From: Andalucia godoyi And28
Taxonomy: Eukaryota > Protista > Jakobida
Assembly (NCBI GenBank): GCA_009859145.1
Contig: VRVR01000022.1
Location: forward strand, 1 to 64,000
Length of the DNA: 64,000 nucleotides
Direction of reading: 5' to 3'
The position numbers were made by a program, and so were the translations under genes. Shown piece after piece: positions 19,601 to 29,761 of this stretch (the stretch's first letter is position 1; every line of letters begins with the position of its first letter). Under the pieces are notes generated by a model. The model did no database searches. It was not told the origin of the DNA and saw nothing but the letters and a program-made list of their open reading frames with translations.

Positions 19601-21855
19601 GGAAGTCCAGCTGCCATGCGCACGGCAAACGACAGAGTGGCATTTTCGGCTGACAGTGACACGACCGCAGCCAGCTCTGGATCCGAGACGTTCAGCACGG
19701 CCTGATACGCCCACTGGCGAAGGCACGGAAACGACGCGTTTCGTGCCATCGACCAGGACCACAACGGATACGGCTCGGAGGGCGAAATGGGGCACGCCAC
19801 GAGGTTGCCACTGGGATCCGAGTAGTACCCCAGCGGAACATCCTCGCACGAGTTTCCACTCCGCGAGTAGCCCGGCACGCACTCCCACGGACAGTCACTG
19901 GAACCCGCAGTGTCCGACGTGTACTGTGCATTGGGCGGTGCGTTGGTGCAAAGGAGCGTCCCGGTAACGTCAAGTCCGCTGCCTCCGACGCAGTCCGACA
20001 TCCCCGGGACATCGTCCATGTCGGTCGTGTAATAGCCGATTCCGACAGGCTGGCAGACACCTTCGTCGCCCACGGGACCAGCAGAAACGCAGCAGTATCC
20101 GAGCGGGCACAGGTTGTCAGGCGACCAGCACGGGTTGCTGTCTCGCAGCGACACCTTCCTCAGTGCATTTTTTGAGGTCTGCAAGAGACTGACGGAAGAC
20201 GGTGCGTACGGGTTGGAGAACCACAGAGCACGTCCAGAGACCCCGGAGTCCTGCACGACGGTGGGATACACGAGGCTCGAGACGGTCTTCAGAACCTCGG
20301 TCTCGGACTGCGGATGAAGCGTGGCTTCAGCAGGGCACGATTGGATGCTGCTGGCGGTCTTGCAATTGAAATTTCGGAACCGGATCAGCGTCTTTGCCTC
20401 CACGGACAGCGTTGCTCGACAGAGAGCCAGCGGACGCATGCTCCACTGCGAGCTGCTTTCGAGCACAGATGCAGCAGCACCCCCAGGAGACGTCAGGGAT
20501 GTCGCCACGGTCTGCAGAATCCGTGCACTGTCGGACAGCAGTCCATTCAGGCATGCTTGGATTTGCGACACGTTTCCAGGACTGGTGGCCGCCGGGAGAA
20601 GACCAGACAGCGCATGCAAAGTGGAGTTCCAAGTCGCCACGCTCTGCAGCGATCGAGTTGTCGTGAGCTCAGAGATGTACGAACAGGCGGCTGCGCTTCC
20701 GCCGATTCCGCAGTTATTTTCCAGTGCGAGTGCCTCGGAAATGAGCGAGTCCGCAGCGAAACTCCGAGAAACGGTCGTCACAACCGACCCGAAGAGCAAG
20801 AACGTGGATTCAAAGACGTCTGTGAGCACTTGCACGTCGGCTGCGCTGCGCGACGATCCAAGCTGGAGATGCAACGATGCCAAGGATGCGAACACGCCGG
20901 AAACGTTTCCTAGAACAGCGGATGGGACCGCACGCACGGTCTTCAGCTGCTCGAGCGTCCAAGACGGGGAAGAGGAGGATGCGCCAAGAACGGTTTGCGT
21001 CACAGAATGCAGCAAGCTCACATTTTGAAAACTGGACTGAACGGAAGAAAGAAGAGAGGTCGCAGCGGAGCAATAGGAGGCATCGCAGGACGCCAGGACT
21101 CGCGAGGTCATGGAACTGGAAACGAACGGAGGAGGGACGAGATGCGAAGAGCCCATCATGGTCACCAGGTGCAACAAATTCGCGCGCGCATCGTCCATCA
21201 ACGCCCGTTCTCGCAGTCGGATCTGCTCCATCCCTTCCTGCCGGTACTCCGCGGTTTGGTTGAGGAACAAGCCCTCCCGTTTCGAAGCGAGGTGCCCAAT
21301 GTCGCCGAACAGTCGAATCGCCTCGATCTCAAACGCGGTCGCATTGGCAAAGTCCAGCAATGCTGCTTTCAACGTCGATGGGAGAGAAACATCGGAGAAT
21401 CTCGGCGAAACGCTGGAGCACGCACCGGTGGTGTAACTCAGACAAGAAGATAGCGGACCGGTGGCATTCATGGCGAGCCTGCTGTCGAACTCGGTGGCAT
21501 TCCAGCTTGGAACGGCGGCATAGCAGTCTTGGAACGGGTCCCACGACCCAATGTACGAAGCATTCGAGTTGCTGTACAACGAACCCACAGAAGATCGCAG
21601 CATTTGCCACGACGGATTCTCGTACTCGAATGCATCTTTGGAGCACAAAACGGAGTCACCCGGCCCTGCAAGGACCGTGGATCCCAGACTCGGCGACCCA
21701 TAATACGGGGTGAACAGTTTGGAAAACGCAGATGAAACGGCAATGGCATGGGCGGCATACTGAAGTGGATCCGCAGCCAAAACAATCATCGACGCACCCC
21801 AGACTGCCACAATGGTCCACACAAGCGCCCAGAAGCAGCAGCACCGCATCCCCAT
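16459..21855 (-). CDS. N-terminal half of giant surface protein: signal peptide, helical region, Cys-rich repeats, LamG-like and discoidin-like domains, first CHB_HEX_C-like repeats
   Basis: Signal MGMRCCCFWALVWTIVAVWGASMIVLA. Cys-rich CTNAPPNAQY...CPWECVPGY...CEDVPLGYYS. LamG-like GRISVLVDQ...FGG...FYGMLTDVSV. The repeat units continue across the frame break at ~16545. Confidence 0.8.
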   Translation of the reverse strand: MGMRCCCFWALVWTIVAVWGASMIVLAADPLQYAAHAIAVSSAFSKLFTPYYGSPSLGSTVLAGPGDSVLCSKDAFEYENPSWQMLRSSVGSLYSNSNASYIGSWDPFQDCYAAVPSWNATEFDSRLAMNATGPLSSCLSYTTGACSSVSPRFSDVSLPSTLKAALLDFANATAFEIEAIRLFGDIGHLASKREGLFLNQTAEYRQEGMEQIRLRERALMDDARANLLHLVTMMGSSHLVPPPFVSSSMTSRVLASCDASYCSAATSLLSSVQSSFQNVSLLHSVTQTVLGASSSSPSWTLEQLKTVRAVPSAVLGNVSGVFASLASLHLQLGSSRSAADVQVLTDVFESTFLLFGSVVTTVSRSFAADSLISEALALENNCGIGGSAAACSYISELTTTRSLQSVATWNSTLHALSGLLPAATSPGNVSQIQACLNGLLSDSARILQTVATSLTSPGGAAASVLESSSQWSMRPLALCRATLSVEAKTLIRFRNFNCKTASSIQSCPAEATLHPQSETEVLKTVSSLVYPTVVQDSGVSGRALWFSNPYAPSSVSLLQTSKNALRKVSLRDSNPCWSPDNLCPLGYCCVSAGPVGDEGVCQPVGIGYYTTDMDDVPGMSDCVGGSGLDVTGTLLCTNAPPNAQYTSDTAGSSDCPWECVPGYSRSGNSCEDVPLGYYSDPSGNLVACPISPSEPYPLWSWSMARNASFPCLRQWAYQAVLNVSDPELAAVVSLSAENATLSFAVRMAAGLPSGNSTLAGVPGIWHLILFSDPSILQGTLYLSVLCGSNAAASARSNHFSIGFRASHISIMKAGGRISVLVDQEYVLQWNLASQYLPCGERSFAHFGGSFGGGSMPFYGMLTDVSVRSSGLPIPASLGAESMSPRACCAALKGSWCDADCHETRGSAVSFWHAPACPAGFSRSPSLRCVPLEGSLVVASLQSVTIESPHLYAHSDNYYTGSSGKIYPRRIFFYSPTGAALVPQSCTATLTFVNGRSCMDLVSGGSLQDAIVSSTDFFFSLRVQFPSDVQISRVGLFNFPDATSAVKSIRVLGSSSFLTGDSKNHLSAVLTVPLGTPDVAGSHPVLSDAWWVTAGTLRSAYLMRVPCNLGSFLHLDPLRSRCICVDATVPYYESCREPLRLETTPNSPGPYAFPSPISVTVTNPETSAWEISPVVSFRWNDSTVAAYSSPTTAPTVGFWNLRLDVSQGTVTGRPVSVPYIFFGALQVTVGQQVGVAADSYPLNAVCSCTPACSTVPEFTYSANGSSSAPVLGSALVATEGFAVFNVSFSCTKQYYTSAASVWTIVRVQPQVKPVFSSIVGSSSYFDVFTANFSSATPNVVFMYSVGSDPFVQMNGSSVRIECNKTVGDSSFQFRVRGMREGFIPSAILSFGVGIFCSPPKPVVSLGTLPFPLGNFVSIEKGFPDALQDTDTYYYFHGPTVSVFDIYSQPIKPLAVGAYNISCYNKRVVLDTALYSSVATVLFDVLNPCLAPSFSPTSAFHVGFVDVRLSSACSLLYYALDDATSFQQMNESAILGFNEAIAPLNTTRIIRAFSGQANWVNSSVVTKSYVLAPQAAVPSSNVSSGEFYKRATVRMTCSAGYLMLFQNGSRVSTDNKNASEIVLVITAGGLTNVTAYCRKDAWYDSTLLMLFLQIVSFRYPQAPLLSTGPLSIVHDLTPLSFTCLEASCSVYYSLNASQPTTLFVAPFFVSPGVATIRALTVAPEFDVPESSSSWSFPVLRYIRTSDFTLSPSNLTAFWGSLEVNVTTSLPPPFLHSTFRRRPVSWCRFCHRRCFFVPLRK

Positions 21856-22133
21856 TCCTGCAAAACGACACGGCAGGACTCTTATGGCGTATTTACTATT
21901 ATCTTCTTTGGAAAAGAAAGATGGTGGGGAAAAGCACGCTCATCTGCAACTGGGCCCTCTGCAGAGTTTAGATTTCAGACTGTAGACTGCAACCGAGGAG
22001 ACCAGGAAAAGGATCCAACTCAATGCGGAACCATCACGCGAAAGAAAAGGAAACTATCGCCTGTCGGGGAAACAATTCCCAAATCGGGACAGACAGGCGA
22101 CATTTAAAAAATAAAAACCTGCACTATTCTACT

Positions 22134-24779
22134 CTACGGCTGATGCGCAAAATACGCTTCACGAAAGGCAGCGTCGATGGATGCGCGGTGTTCTTCGTAA
22201 AACTTTGATTGTCGAAGCAGTTTGATGCGATTCACACACGTCTTCCTGTGCTCCTTCCAATGGTTCTGCTGGCAACCCTTGGAACAATAGAAACACACCA
22301 CACATTTTCCGCATACCCGCAACGGAACATCCGTCTCGGTGCACTCTGGATTGGCGCATCGCAAATTCAAGAACGATTTCAAAAGCGACCAAAACTTCGA
22401 CGACGCCATTTCACCCGAGGCATCCGGCTCCGACAGAGGCGGAAAGCTGAAAGACTTGTACGCACGCAACGCGTCTTCCGTCGAGACAAATCCGTCCGGA
22501 GAAAGCATCTGCGTGATCGGGTGGAATGGATTGTCTTCGGGTACGCACATGGGTGCAGTCTGGGTCGCAATGCCGCTCTGTTCCGTCGCAGTCGACCATG
22601 CAGACAGCGGTGGAGACACGCTCATGGACGATGGCCCAGGAGTAGCCAGTGCGACAACACCAGAAACTGAACTGCTACTACCACCACCGACAGGAACAGG
22701 GACATCCAACAATGCTGCTGCTGCTGCTGCCGACGACCCGACAGATGCAGAAGACCCGGAAGGAGCGGTCCCGCTCAATGGAAGCGATTGACGAAGTGTG
22801 TGTTCGCCGACATTCTTCAATCCGAACAAACGAAGTTTGTTGGACGAAACGACTTGCACCGACAAACCATGGTAGAGCAAGACATCCGCAACTCGCTGCG
22901 CTTGGGTCAAGGGCGTCTGCGACGCAGGATCCTGCGATTGGCTGAGCTTCACAATAACGGGCGATTTGAGACAAAACTCTTGGTCGAACCAGGCGGGATT
23001 CATGCTGTCCAAAATGCGAATTTCCTTTTTGCCCGCCAAGTCAAAGTCGGCGTGCCACAGCCGCGTAAAATCCGATGTCTCTGCGTGCTCCGGCCAGCTG
23101 AGCTGATCAAGGTGGAAATAGATCATGTCTGCCGCCGGCTTCACAGGCGTCAGCACAGGAGCGCTTCCCACAGCATACCTGGGAAAGACCAGCCTCGGAT
23201 ACTGCCAGGGGCACTCGGAATAGCCGTCCCACCCGCCGCTTCGCATTCTCTTCATGATCCCGAGCAAGGCTTCGTACGGCTTCCGCAAGCTCGCAGAATT
23301 AACCACAGAGCTGTTGTTCAGACCCCTGTCGAGCGCCAGTCGCGTGTCGTGGCAGTCAGCAAGCTTGTACGCCAGCTCATAGGTCTTTGCATACTCGAAG
23401 AACTGCCCCAGGATTCCATGAACGTGCGCCTTCACGACCAGGAGTTCCGTGAGCTTCGGCTCGATCGACAGCATAGCCTTGCACAACTGGAGGCACTCCA
23501 GTCCCGCTTCAAAGGAGGAAAACGCTGGAGGTGCTCCCTCCAGCACCCCTGCTCTGTGAAAGAGATCGTTCCGCATCCCCATGAACCTCGACATGAGAGC
23601 CTCGCGATCCGTTGGATTCGCCTCGAGCTGCAGATTGCCCAGCACCGAGGTTTCCAGCATCCGCAGAATGGTCTTGATCAGCGCCACCTCCGTGTGCTTT
23701 GAAATATCCTCGGCACGATACTTGTGGGAGTAGTAGGGCGAGTCGTGGATGTATCGCGTCTGGATGCATCTCCTGCATAGCGGTGTCTCCTCGATGATCG
23801 TCGACTCGTAGAACAGAGTGTCCTCCAGATACTCCTGGCAGCACATGCAAAAATGCCTGAAGCTCTTCCGCTTCGAATCCCACACCGTGAATGGCACAGG
23901 CAAATGCCGGGTGGCTTCCACCTGCACTTGCAGTTGGTCGGACTCTTGTTGTGAAATTGCTGGCGTTGGCGTGCGACCAAATTTTGCAGTCATGATGGGA
24001 TGCATGGGCACCCACAGCATCGGATGCGGGCCGTACAGCTTGGTCAGTTTGAGCGCGTGTGCCAGTTGCGCAGATTTTAGGTTCGCCTTCACGGCCGCCA
24101 GCGTCTCAAACTTGGACGGATCGCGGTGCGACGGATGATTTTCCACGCCTTGCTGGTACGACATCATCCCCAGCCGTTGGTCGTAGAAATACAGCAAATG
24201 CCGAGGAATCACCCATTCTTCGAGCTGGACAATATTTTCTATCTTCTGCACAAAAAACTCCTTGATCAGTCGGATGTACTCTGCAGACTGCGACGGCAAC
24301 TCCTTCTTGGAAGTCGTTTTCAGCGTCGCCGAAGGTTCCGCAAGGTACAAGCACTTGATCTGGAGCAGCTCGAAGTCGGGAGACGTGACAGACAGTGCCA
24401 CGGACTCCGGATCCCAGAACCCGTTTTTTGACAGTTCCTCCAGAATCGACGCATGCGTCACGAAATCCAGAGCCGCTTTGCGCTGCTTGGGCGATCGCTG
24501 ATGCCACATCAGCCCCAGTGTGTTGGTGCAAATGGGTGAAAACGTCGGATGCACACAGTTGAAAGCGAGGCATTCGCTGGATGTCGCTGTGCTTGCGAGA
24601 GAGTACGGCTGCGGCGGTGGCATTACCAGCGATTCCTCGAATGCACGTGTGCTCGCGCTCGCCTTGGGGGACGGTGACGACAACGGTGCCGACTGGGCTG
24701 GTTGGACTGGTTGGGCCGGTGCGGGCCCAGGAGCGGACGAAGCGCTGCCATGCTTTTTGGCTTTTCCTTTCTTTGTCAT
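22134..24779 (-). CDS. MYND zinc-finger protein (~881 aa) with a TPR-like segment and an additional Cys/His cluster
   Basis: C-terminal CANPEC...CGKC...YCSKGCQQNHWKEHRKTC is a MYND finger. Internal CMCC...CRRC...H cluster. Start placed at MTKKGKAKK; the in-frame ORF extends to 24863. Confidence 0.85.
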   Translation of the reverse strand: MTKKGKAKKHGSASSAPGPAPAQPVQPAQSAPLSSPSPKASASTRAFEESLVMPPPQPYSLASTATSSECLAFNCVHPTFSPICTNTLGLMWHQRSPKQRKAALDFVTHASILEELSKNGFWDPESVALSVTSPDFELLQIKCLYLAEPSATLKTTSKKELPSQSAEYIRLIKEFFVQKIENIVQLEEWVIPRHLLYFYDQRLGMMSYQQGVENHPSHRDPSKFETLAAVKANLKSAQLAHALKLTKLYGPHPMLWVPMHPIMTAKFGRTPTPAISQQESDQLQVQVEATRHLPVPFTVWDSKRKSFRHFCMCCQEYLEDTLFYESTIIEETPLCRRCIQTRYIHDSPYYSHKYRAEDISKHTEVALIKTILRMLETSVLGNLQLEANPTDREALMSRFMGMRNDLFHRAGVLEGAPPAFSSFEAGLECLQLCKAMLSIEPKLTELLVVKAHVHGILGQFFEYAKTYELAYKLADCHDTRLALDRGLNNSSVVNSASLRKPYEALLGIMKRMRSGGWDGYSECPWQYPRLVFPRYAVGSAPVLTPVKPAADMIYFHLDQLSWPEHAETSDFTRLWHADFDLAGKKEIRILDSMNPAWFDQEFCLKSPVIVKLSQSQDPASQTPLTQAQRVADVLLYHGLSVQVVSSNKLRLFGLKNVGEHTLRQSLPLSGTAPSGSSASVGSSAAAAAALLDVPVPVGGGSSSSVSGVVALATPGPSSMSVSPPLSAWSTATEQSGIATQTAPMCVPEDNPFHPITQMLSPDGFVSTEDALRAYKSFSFPPLSEPDASGEMASSKFWSLLKSFLNLRCANPECTETDVPLRVCGKCVVCFYCSKGCQQNHWKEHRKTCVNRIKLLRQSKFYEEHRASIDAAFREAYFAHQP

Positions 24780-25029
24780 GAAATCGGTCGATGGCTGTGT
24801 TTGGTGTTGGTGGTCGATCAAGGATGCTCTGTCGTGGAGAATGCTTCGCCAATCACGAGGCATTCAGAAGAATTTGTCCTTGCAACATGAGTGGATTTAT
24901 GGTGTGTTCGTACAGCGGGTGAGGGGCAGTAGTACACTTTTGCAGGGAGGGCGGCAGCTGATATATTTTTATGTCCAATGCGCAGCATACCAACACCGCA
25001 CACGCCTCTGGTAATAAGCCAACGATATA

Positions 25030-25093
25030 ACAGAGACAGAGACAGAGAGACAGAGACAGAGACAGAGAGACAGAGACAGAGACAGAGACAGAG
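25030..25093. repeat. (GAGACA)n microsatellite
   Basis: Directly visible in the WD40-MYND spacer. Confidence 0.9.
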
Positions 25094-25172
25094 AGGCGGA
25101 AAACATGAAGGCGAGTGAATAAATAAATAAATAAAAATAGAAAAACGGAAAACAAAACATTGAGCACAAAGG

Positions 25173-26972
25173 TCACGCTTGCGGAGTGAGCCTCGAGGTC
25201 AAAAGCGCAATTATTCCATCCCGATGTGCCAACTGTGCTTCAAGACTCGCAATTTTGGACGCCGCAATCTGCAAGATCTGCATCTGCTCAATCCACGCTT
25301 TGACCAGCGTTACATTCGGCACAGAATATGCGAACACGTCGTTGCCATTCGCGTCGGGCTGAAGATCCCAAAACAGCAAGATACCCGCGGCAGTGCTGCT
25401 GCTGCTGTCCTGCACAATCATCCAGCTTCCCCTTTCTGATAACGTTCCGACACAAGCGTCCGCAACATCAAACACAAACAACCCGCCTCTCGACGACGCC
25501 AGACAAACTGAGCTATTCCAGAGCGCAGCGTCGATCCACAGCGCGCCTTGCACGTTCTGGCACACGGTGCACATTAGCGCACCCAACTCAATGTCGTATA
25601 TATTCACTTTTCCGTCGACGGCTGTGGATGCGACAAGTCCCCTGGACTTGCCCTTGCTGAAAAACACCTTCTGAACCGACATGGTGTGGTTCACGCACAC
25701 GTGCTTGCACTCTCCGGACTGAATATCCCATATCCGCAGCGAGTAGTCGTCGGACACGCTGACCACGAGATTTCCATCCGGCGAGAACTTCGAATCAAAG
25801 ATGAAGGACGTGTGTCCCGAGAACCGTCGCAGCAGAACCCCGGTCAGCGCATCCCACAGACCGATGAACAGCGCGGGAGCCTCCATTCCCAGCGCAAGCA
25901 CACGTCCATCTGGGCAGAAAAACAAGTCAAACATCGTGTAGGACACCGCGCGAAGCGAATGCACGGGGCCCGATGCTGTGGACAGCGGGTCGAAAAACTT
26001 CACCGCGCCTTCGTCAGGACATGAGATCGACAACAGCTGCGCATCTCGAGAGAACGTGGGTCGATCAATCCACGAAAACTGGGACGCCTGGAAGGACGCA
26101 AAGGGCGCACTCAGCAGATTTTCGCTGTCTGCGGAGCCAGTGGAGTTGGAAGGAGTATACAGCTGGACCACTCCTGCGAGAGTGCCGACTGCGAGTATGG
26201 AGCACGCTCCAACCGTCGGTGAGAATGAAATCGACGAAATCACGGTTCCCGGACATGCAGGATATGCGACACATGTGACGGGGCTTCGCGATCGTGGAGA
26301 AACGGAGCTCGCAATCGTCGTCGTCGTCGTCGTCGTCGTCGCACCAGCACCAGCACCAGCACCAGCAATAGGGTTCGAGGGACTGGTGTTTCCAGCGCAG
26401 TGTGCGGTCGGAGAGGTAGAGGAGCTCGAATGCGAGTCTTCGCGGTCGGTTGTCTTTGGCTCGGCGATGACGAGTTCAGACCCCGAGTTTGATTTTGGAG
26501 ACGTCGAAAACCCAGAAGGCGACATAGAGATCGAAGTCGAGGTTGTCCCCGATGAGGAGGACGATGACGAGAAGGACGCCAGCGAAGCAGCAGTGGACGA
26601 TGTGTTGGTGCTGCCAGAATAGAACACCATGGCTAGCGACTGTGATTGCGCAGACGGATTGGAGAATGGATTGGACGGACTTCGCGGAAGAAGCGGTGTG
26701 AATAGCCGCAGCGACCCGTCTCGGAACCCCGCTGCAACTTGCCCACCGTCGCGAATGGTAATGCAAGTAACGGCTGACGAAATAAAGTTCTCGGGTGGAT
26801 GCGGGGGCTGGTGGATCGCCTGGAGACTCGACATCGGGATGCTGATTCGATACACGGATATACCTGAACCGGTGTGAAGAACCGAAAACGCCGGCGTTTT
26901 TGAATGAGAATTCGGCGACAATGCAAAAAGCTCAGTGAGCACCGAACGCAAGAGAATGGCGGAAAGCACCAT
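25173..26972 (-). CDS. WD40-repeat protein with Ser/Thr-rich insert and C-terminal coiled coil (599 aa)
   Basis: GHTSFIFDSKFSPDGNLVVSVSDDYSLRIWD and related blades. The coiled-coil tail is IASLEAQLAHRDGII. Confidence 0.88.
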   Translation of the reverse strand: MVLSAILLRSVLTELFALSPNSHSKTPAFSVLHTGSGISVYRISIPMSSLQAIHQPPHPPENFISSAVTCITIRDGGQVAAGFRDGSLRLFTPLLPRSPSNPFSNPSAQSQSLAMVFYSGSTNTSSTAASLASFSSSSSSSGTTSTSISMSPSGFSTSPKSNSGSELVIAEPKTTDREDSHSSSSTSPTAHCAGNTSPSNPIAGAGAGAGATTTTTTTTIASSVSPRSRSPVTCVAYPACPGTVISSISFSPTVGACSILAVGTLAGVVQLYTPSNSTGSADSENLLSAPFASFQASQFSWIDRPTFSRDAQLLSISCPDEGAVKFFDPLSTASGPVHSLRAVSYTMFDLFFCPDGRVLALGMEAPALFIGLWDALTGVLLRRFSGHTSFIFDSKFSPDGNLVVSVSDDYSLRIWDIQSGECKHVCVNHTMSVQKVFFSKGKSRGLVASTAVDGKVNIYDIELGALMCTVCQNVQGALWIDAALWNSSVCLASSRGGLFVFDVADACVGTLSERGSWMIVQDSSSSTAAGILLFWDLQPDANGNDVFAYSVPNVTLVKAWIEQMQILQIAASKIASLEAQLAHRDGIIALLTSRLTPQA

Positions 26973-27613
26973 GTTTAATTGCTGGAGCAGCCAGACAAAT
27001 CAAGACACTACAATACTCTATCTTCTACACTCTATGCTGATTTTCGTAGTTTAAATGTTTTAAACAAAACAAGAACCGAAAACAAAAAAACAGGTGATAA
27101 CTGGTCGAGGCGGCAATCGACTGGCAGCAACGGAAGAAAGCAAAACAAAAAGGTTCGGCATGGAATGTCCCAGAATGTGGAAAATAGTCGAGGGAAGCAG
27201 CACGATGTGAACCGGCGGAGCATTTGGGGCAGCACTGGTAGGACGGTGGAAAAAACCCGCAACGGAGCATCGCCCTGCAAATGGAAGGATTGACCTGCTG
27301 TGATGTCGGAACAATCCAGCAAAGCGACGGAGAGACAAAGGCTGCGGGTAATCGTCAAGTCGTAAGTAGGTGATGGGTGATGGGTGGTGGGTGATGGGTG
27401 ATGGAGGTCGTCCTGTGGCTTTGGGCAGCTGTCTCACATCGACGGGAACGACACGTAGCACAGTCTTCCAGATCGCAGAGAAGAAGAAGCCAGCAGGACA
27501 TCGACACGCTTCACAAGCAAAAAAGGTTAAAGAGCTGAGAGGTCCATCCACACACAGCGAAAGTTTAATGATCATTTACAATGCAAAAGATCCCGCAGTG
27601 CTTCACACGAAAA

Positions 27614-27614
<1 letters not shown>

Positions 27615-27660
<46 letters not shown>

Positions 27661-27712
27661 CACACACATGCACACACACACACACACACATGCACACACA
27701 TGTACATGCACA
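27615..27712. repeat. (CA)n microsatellite
   Basis: Long CA/CATG run downstream of ARPC4. Confidence 0.95.
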
Positions 27713-27834
27713 CCTGCTCTTGATGGATGGAGAACGAGTTGGGTGCATCAATCGCAATTTTCAAACTCCGCCAGTGCTTTCTGTCGGCCAACGAAACAAT
27801 CCTATCACCGTCTCCCCGCTCCTTGCCCGATGGC

Positions 27835-28344
27835 TCAAGCAAAGGCCTGCAAGAATTCCTTTGCGACTACACGTGCTCGTCCGTTGACAGCAAGCTTCAT
27901 TTCCTTGATTTCCTTGTCGATTTCCTCGACGAACTGGATGATAAAGTCGACGATCTTGTTTCGGACCATTTGTTCGAGGTGGAAATTCGTGATGAGGATC
28001 GAGATGTCGTACCCTTGGATTGGCTTTCTGCGCAAAACCACAAAGTTTTCTGCGCGCTGCTGCAAAAAGCGCATAAACTTCGCAGCGAGAATGACTTCCA
28101 CGTCGTCGGACTTCTTCACCGCGATCGAAACTCGCACAGAGTTCACCGACGGTTCGATCAGCACTCGCTCGTCACCATCTCGCGCCACGACCAAGGGCCG
28201 CAACAGAAGCTCGGAACACGCAGCCCACTCAATCTCTGGCTTGTTGTGCCGCTCGACGAGAATCGAGGGGAAGTTCGTGATGCTCAGCGCTGCCTCGAGA
28301 GTCGCGCGGATTGCATCATGATACGGCTTGGCGGCTGTCGACAT
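27835..28344 (-). CDS. ARPC4: Arp2/3 complex subunit 4 (p20-Arc)
   Basis: Full-length match to the recalled family: [77 protein letters not shown]. Confidence 0.98.
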   Translation of the reverse strand: MSTAAKPYHDAIRATLEAALSITNFPSILVERHNKPEIEWAACSELLLRPLVVARDGDERVLIEPSVNSVRVSIAVKKSDDVEVILAAKFMRFLQQRAENFVVLRRKPIQGYDISILITNFHLEQMVRNKIVDFIIQFVEEIDKEIKEMKLAVNGRARVVAKEFLQAFA

Positions 28345-28749
28345 ATTTCCGATCTTTCAAAAAAACCTCCTCTCTACTGTGTTTTTTCTTCTTCTTCTTT
28401 TCTTTTTTTGCAAAAGGAAATAAGAAACAATTCTTTAATTATTATTATTTTGTGGGCGCACGTGTGCGTGTGAGCGAGTGTGTCGACAAGGCCTGTTGGG
28501 AACGAAGTCCGTATCACGCAAGCGTAAACATGCCATGCAGGACACGTACAGCGGTTTTCTTCCACTGCAGTTTTTTCGAAGCTCCGTTCCTAACCGCTGC
28601 AAACACCACTTCCGACGTCCGATTGTTCTCTCCGTTTAACTCGATTTATAAAAAAACAGAACACAACGCAGAAACATTCGCACACACGAGGAAAGCAGTA
28701 CAGTGCAATTAATCGTGGAAGCAAAGCAAAAAAGAGAAAGCCTGGGAAT

Positions 28750-29463
28750 ATGGCGAGACGAGCAGCGACGGAGGACCCCGTTGTCCTGTATGACATCTAC
28801 GAGGACTATCTGGACGCAAACATCTCTGCAGACGACATGAAGTACCTTGGCGATCGCGAGGTGTGCCGGTCGCTACTGGAAGTCGGCTACCGATCCCTGG
28901 ACATGGTCTCTCGAGCAGAGTTCAACACAAAGAAGCGCGAACTGCAGACTGCGCTTCAGAAAAAGGCTTCGGGGGTGTCTCTCGATCCGGACCAGGTCGC
29001 GCTGGCGCATTCCGGGGCGCACCTGGAGTCGTTCCCGCTTCTTTCGGCGCTGGCAGACCGAGAAGAGCTCGTGAGAAACGGGCGGCTGTCATGCATCATC
29101 TTCATTCGAGACGTGGACGCGAAGGGCCACGAAGTGTCGGGATACATCGACTACGCACATCGGCTGAAGCAGGAGGATTTTGGACAGTACTTCCACGGAC
29201 ACAAGAAGCTGCTGCCCAAAACCACCGATCTGAGCTTTTTCAACTGGGACACGCAGTCCATGGCACACCAGTCGAGTCCGAACTGGACCGTCGTCGCCGA
29301 AGGTGGCGTCCAGGGGCTCATGTTCAAGCACAAAAAGGATCGAAAAGTCGTTTGCGTCGACCCCAAAACGCCACCGGGCGACAACTCTCGACGCGTCGTC
29401 CTCGAGTCTTCCGAATACATACAGGCTGTCATTTACGACCACGTCACCCGAAGAAAGAATTAG
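28750..29463 (+). CDS. CFAP299: Cilia- and flagella-associated protein 299 (C4orf22/DUF4464)
   Basis: YEDYLD...DMKYLGD.EVCRSLLEVGYR, LADREELVRNGRL.CIIFIRD...GHEVSGYIDYAHRLK, and C-terminal VIYDHVTRRK. Confidence 0.93.
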   Translation: MARRAATEDPVVLYDIYEDYLDANISADDMKYLGDREVCRSLLEVGYRSLDMVSRAEFNTKKRELQTALQKKASGVSLDPDQVALAHSGAHLESFPLLSALADREELVRNGRLSCIIFIRDVDAKGHEVSGYIDYAHRLKQEDFGQYFHGHKKLLPKTTDLSFFNWDTQSMAHQSSPNWTVVAEGGVQGLMFKHKKDRKVVCVDPKTPPGDNSRRVVLESSEYIQAVIYDHVTRRKN

Positions 29464-29761
29464 CACGGGAAGCACGAGGGCAAAGCGCCCTGTCACTCTG
29501 TCAACTGCATCATTAATTTAAAATATTCCCAAAAAATGGGGGAAAAAACACCAGGAAGCGACTGTAACGGCTGTTTACTTTGCCCGCCGAAAAGCACTGA
29601 CGGACTTTTTTTGTGGAAAAGGGAAAAAGCAGCCGAGTGCCGATTTTGGATCGTTGAACGTTTCGATAAGTTGGGCTTTCTCCTTCAGAAGAGTGTTCTG
29701 TAATTATTAGTGAGAATTTCAAGAAAAGAAAAAGAAAAAAAAGAAAAAAAAATAGCGAGAT

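Noticed and set aside
27025-27575. Several 80-170 aa ORFs between WD40 and ARPC4
   Set aside because: They overlap repeats, no frame has a coherent protein signature, and they are likely UTR or promoter sequence.
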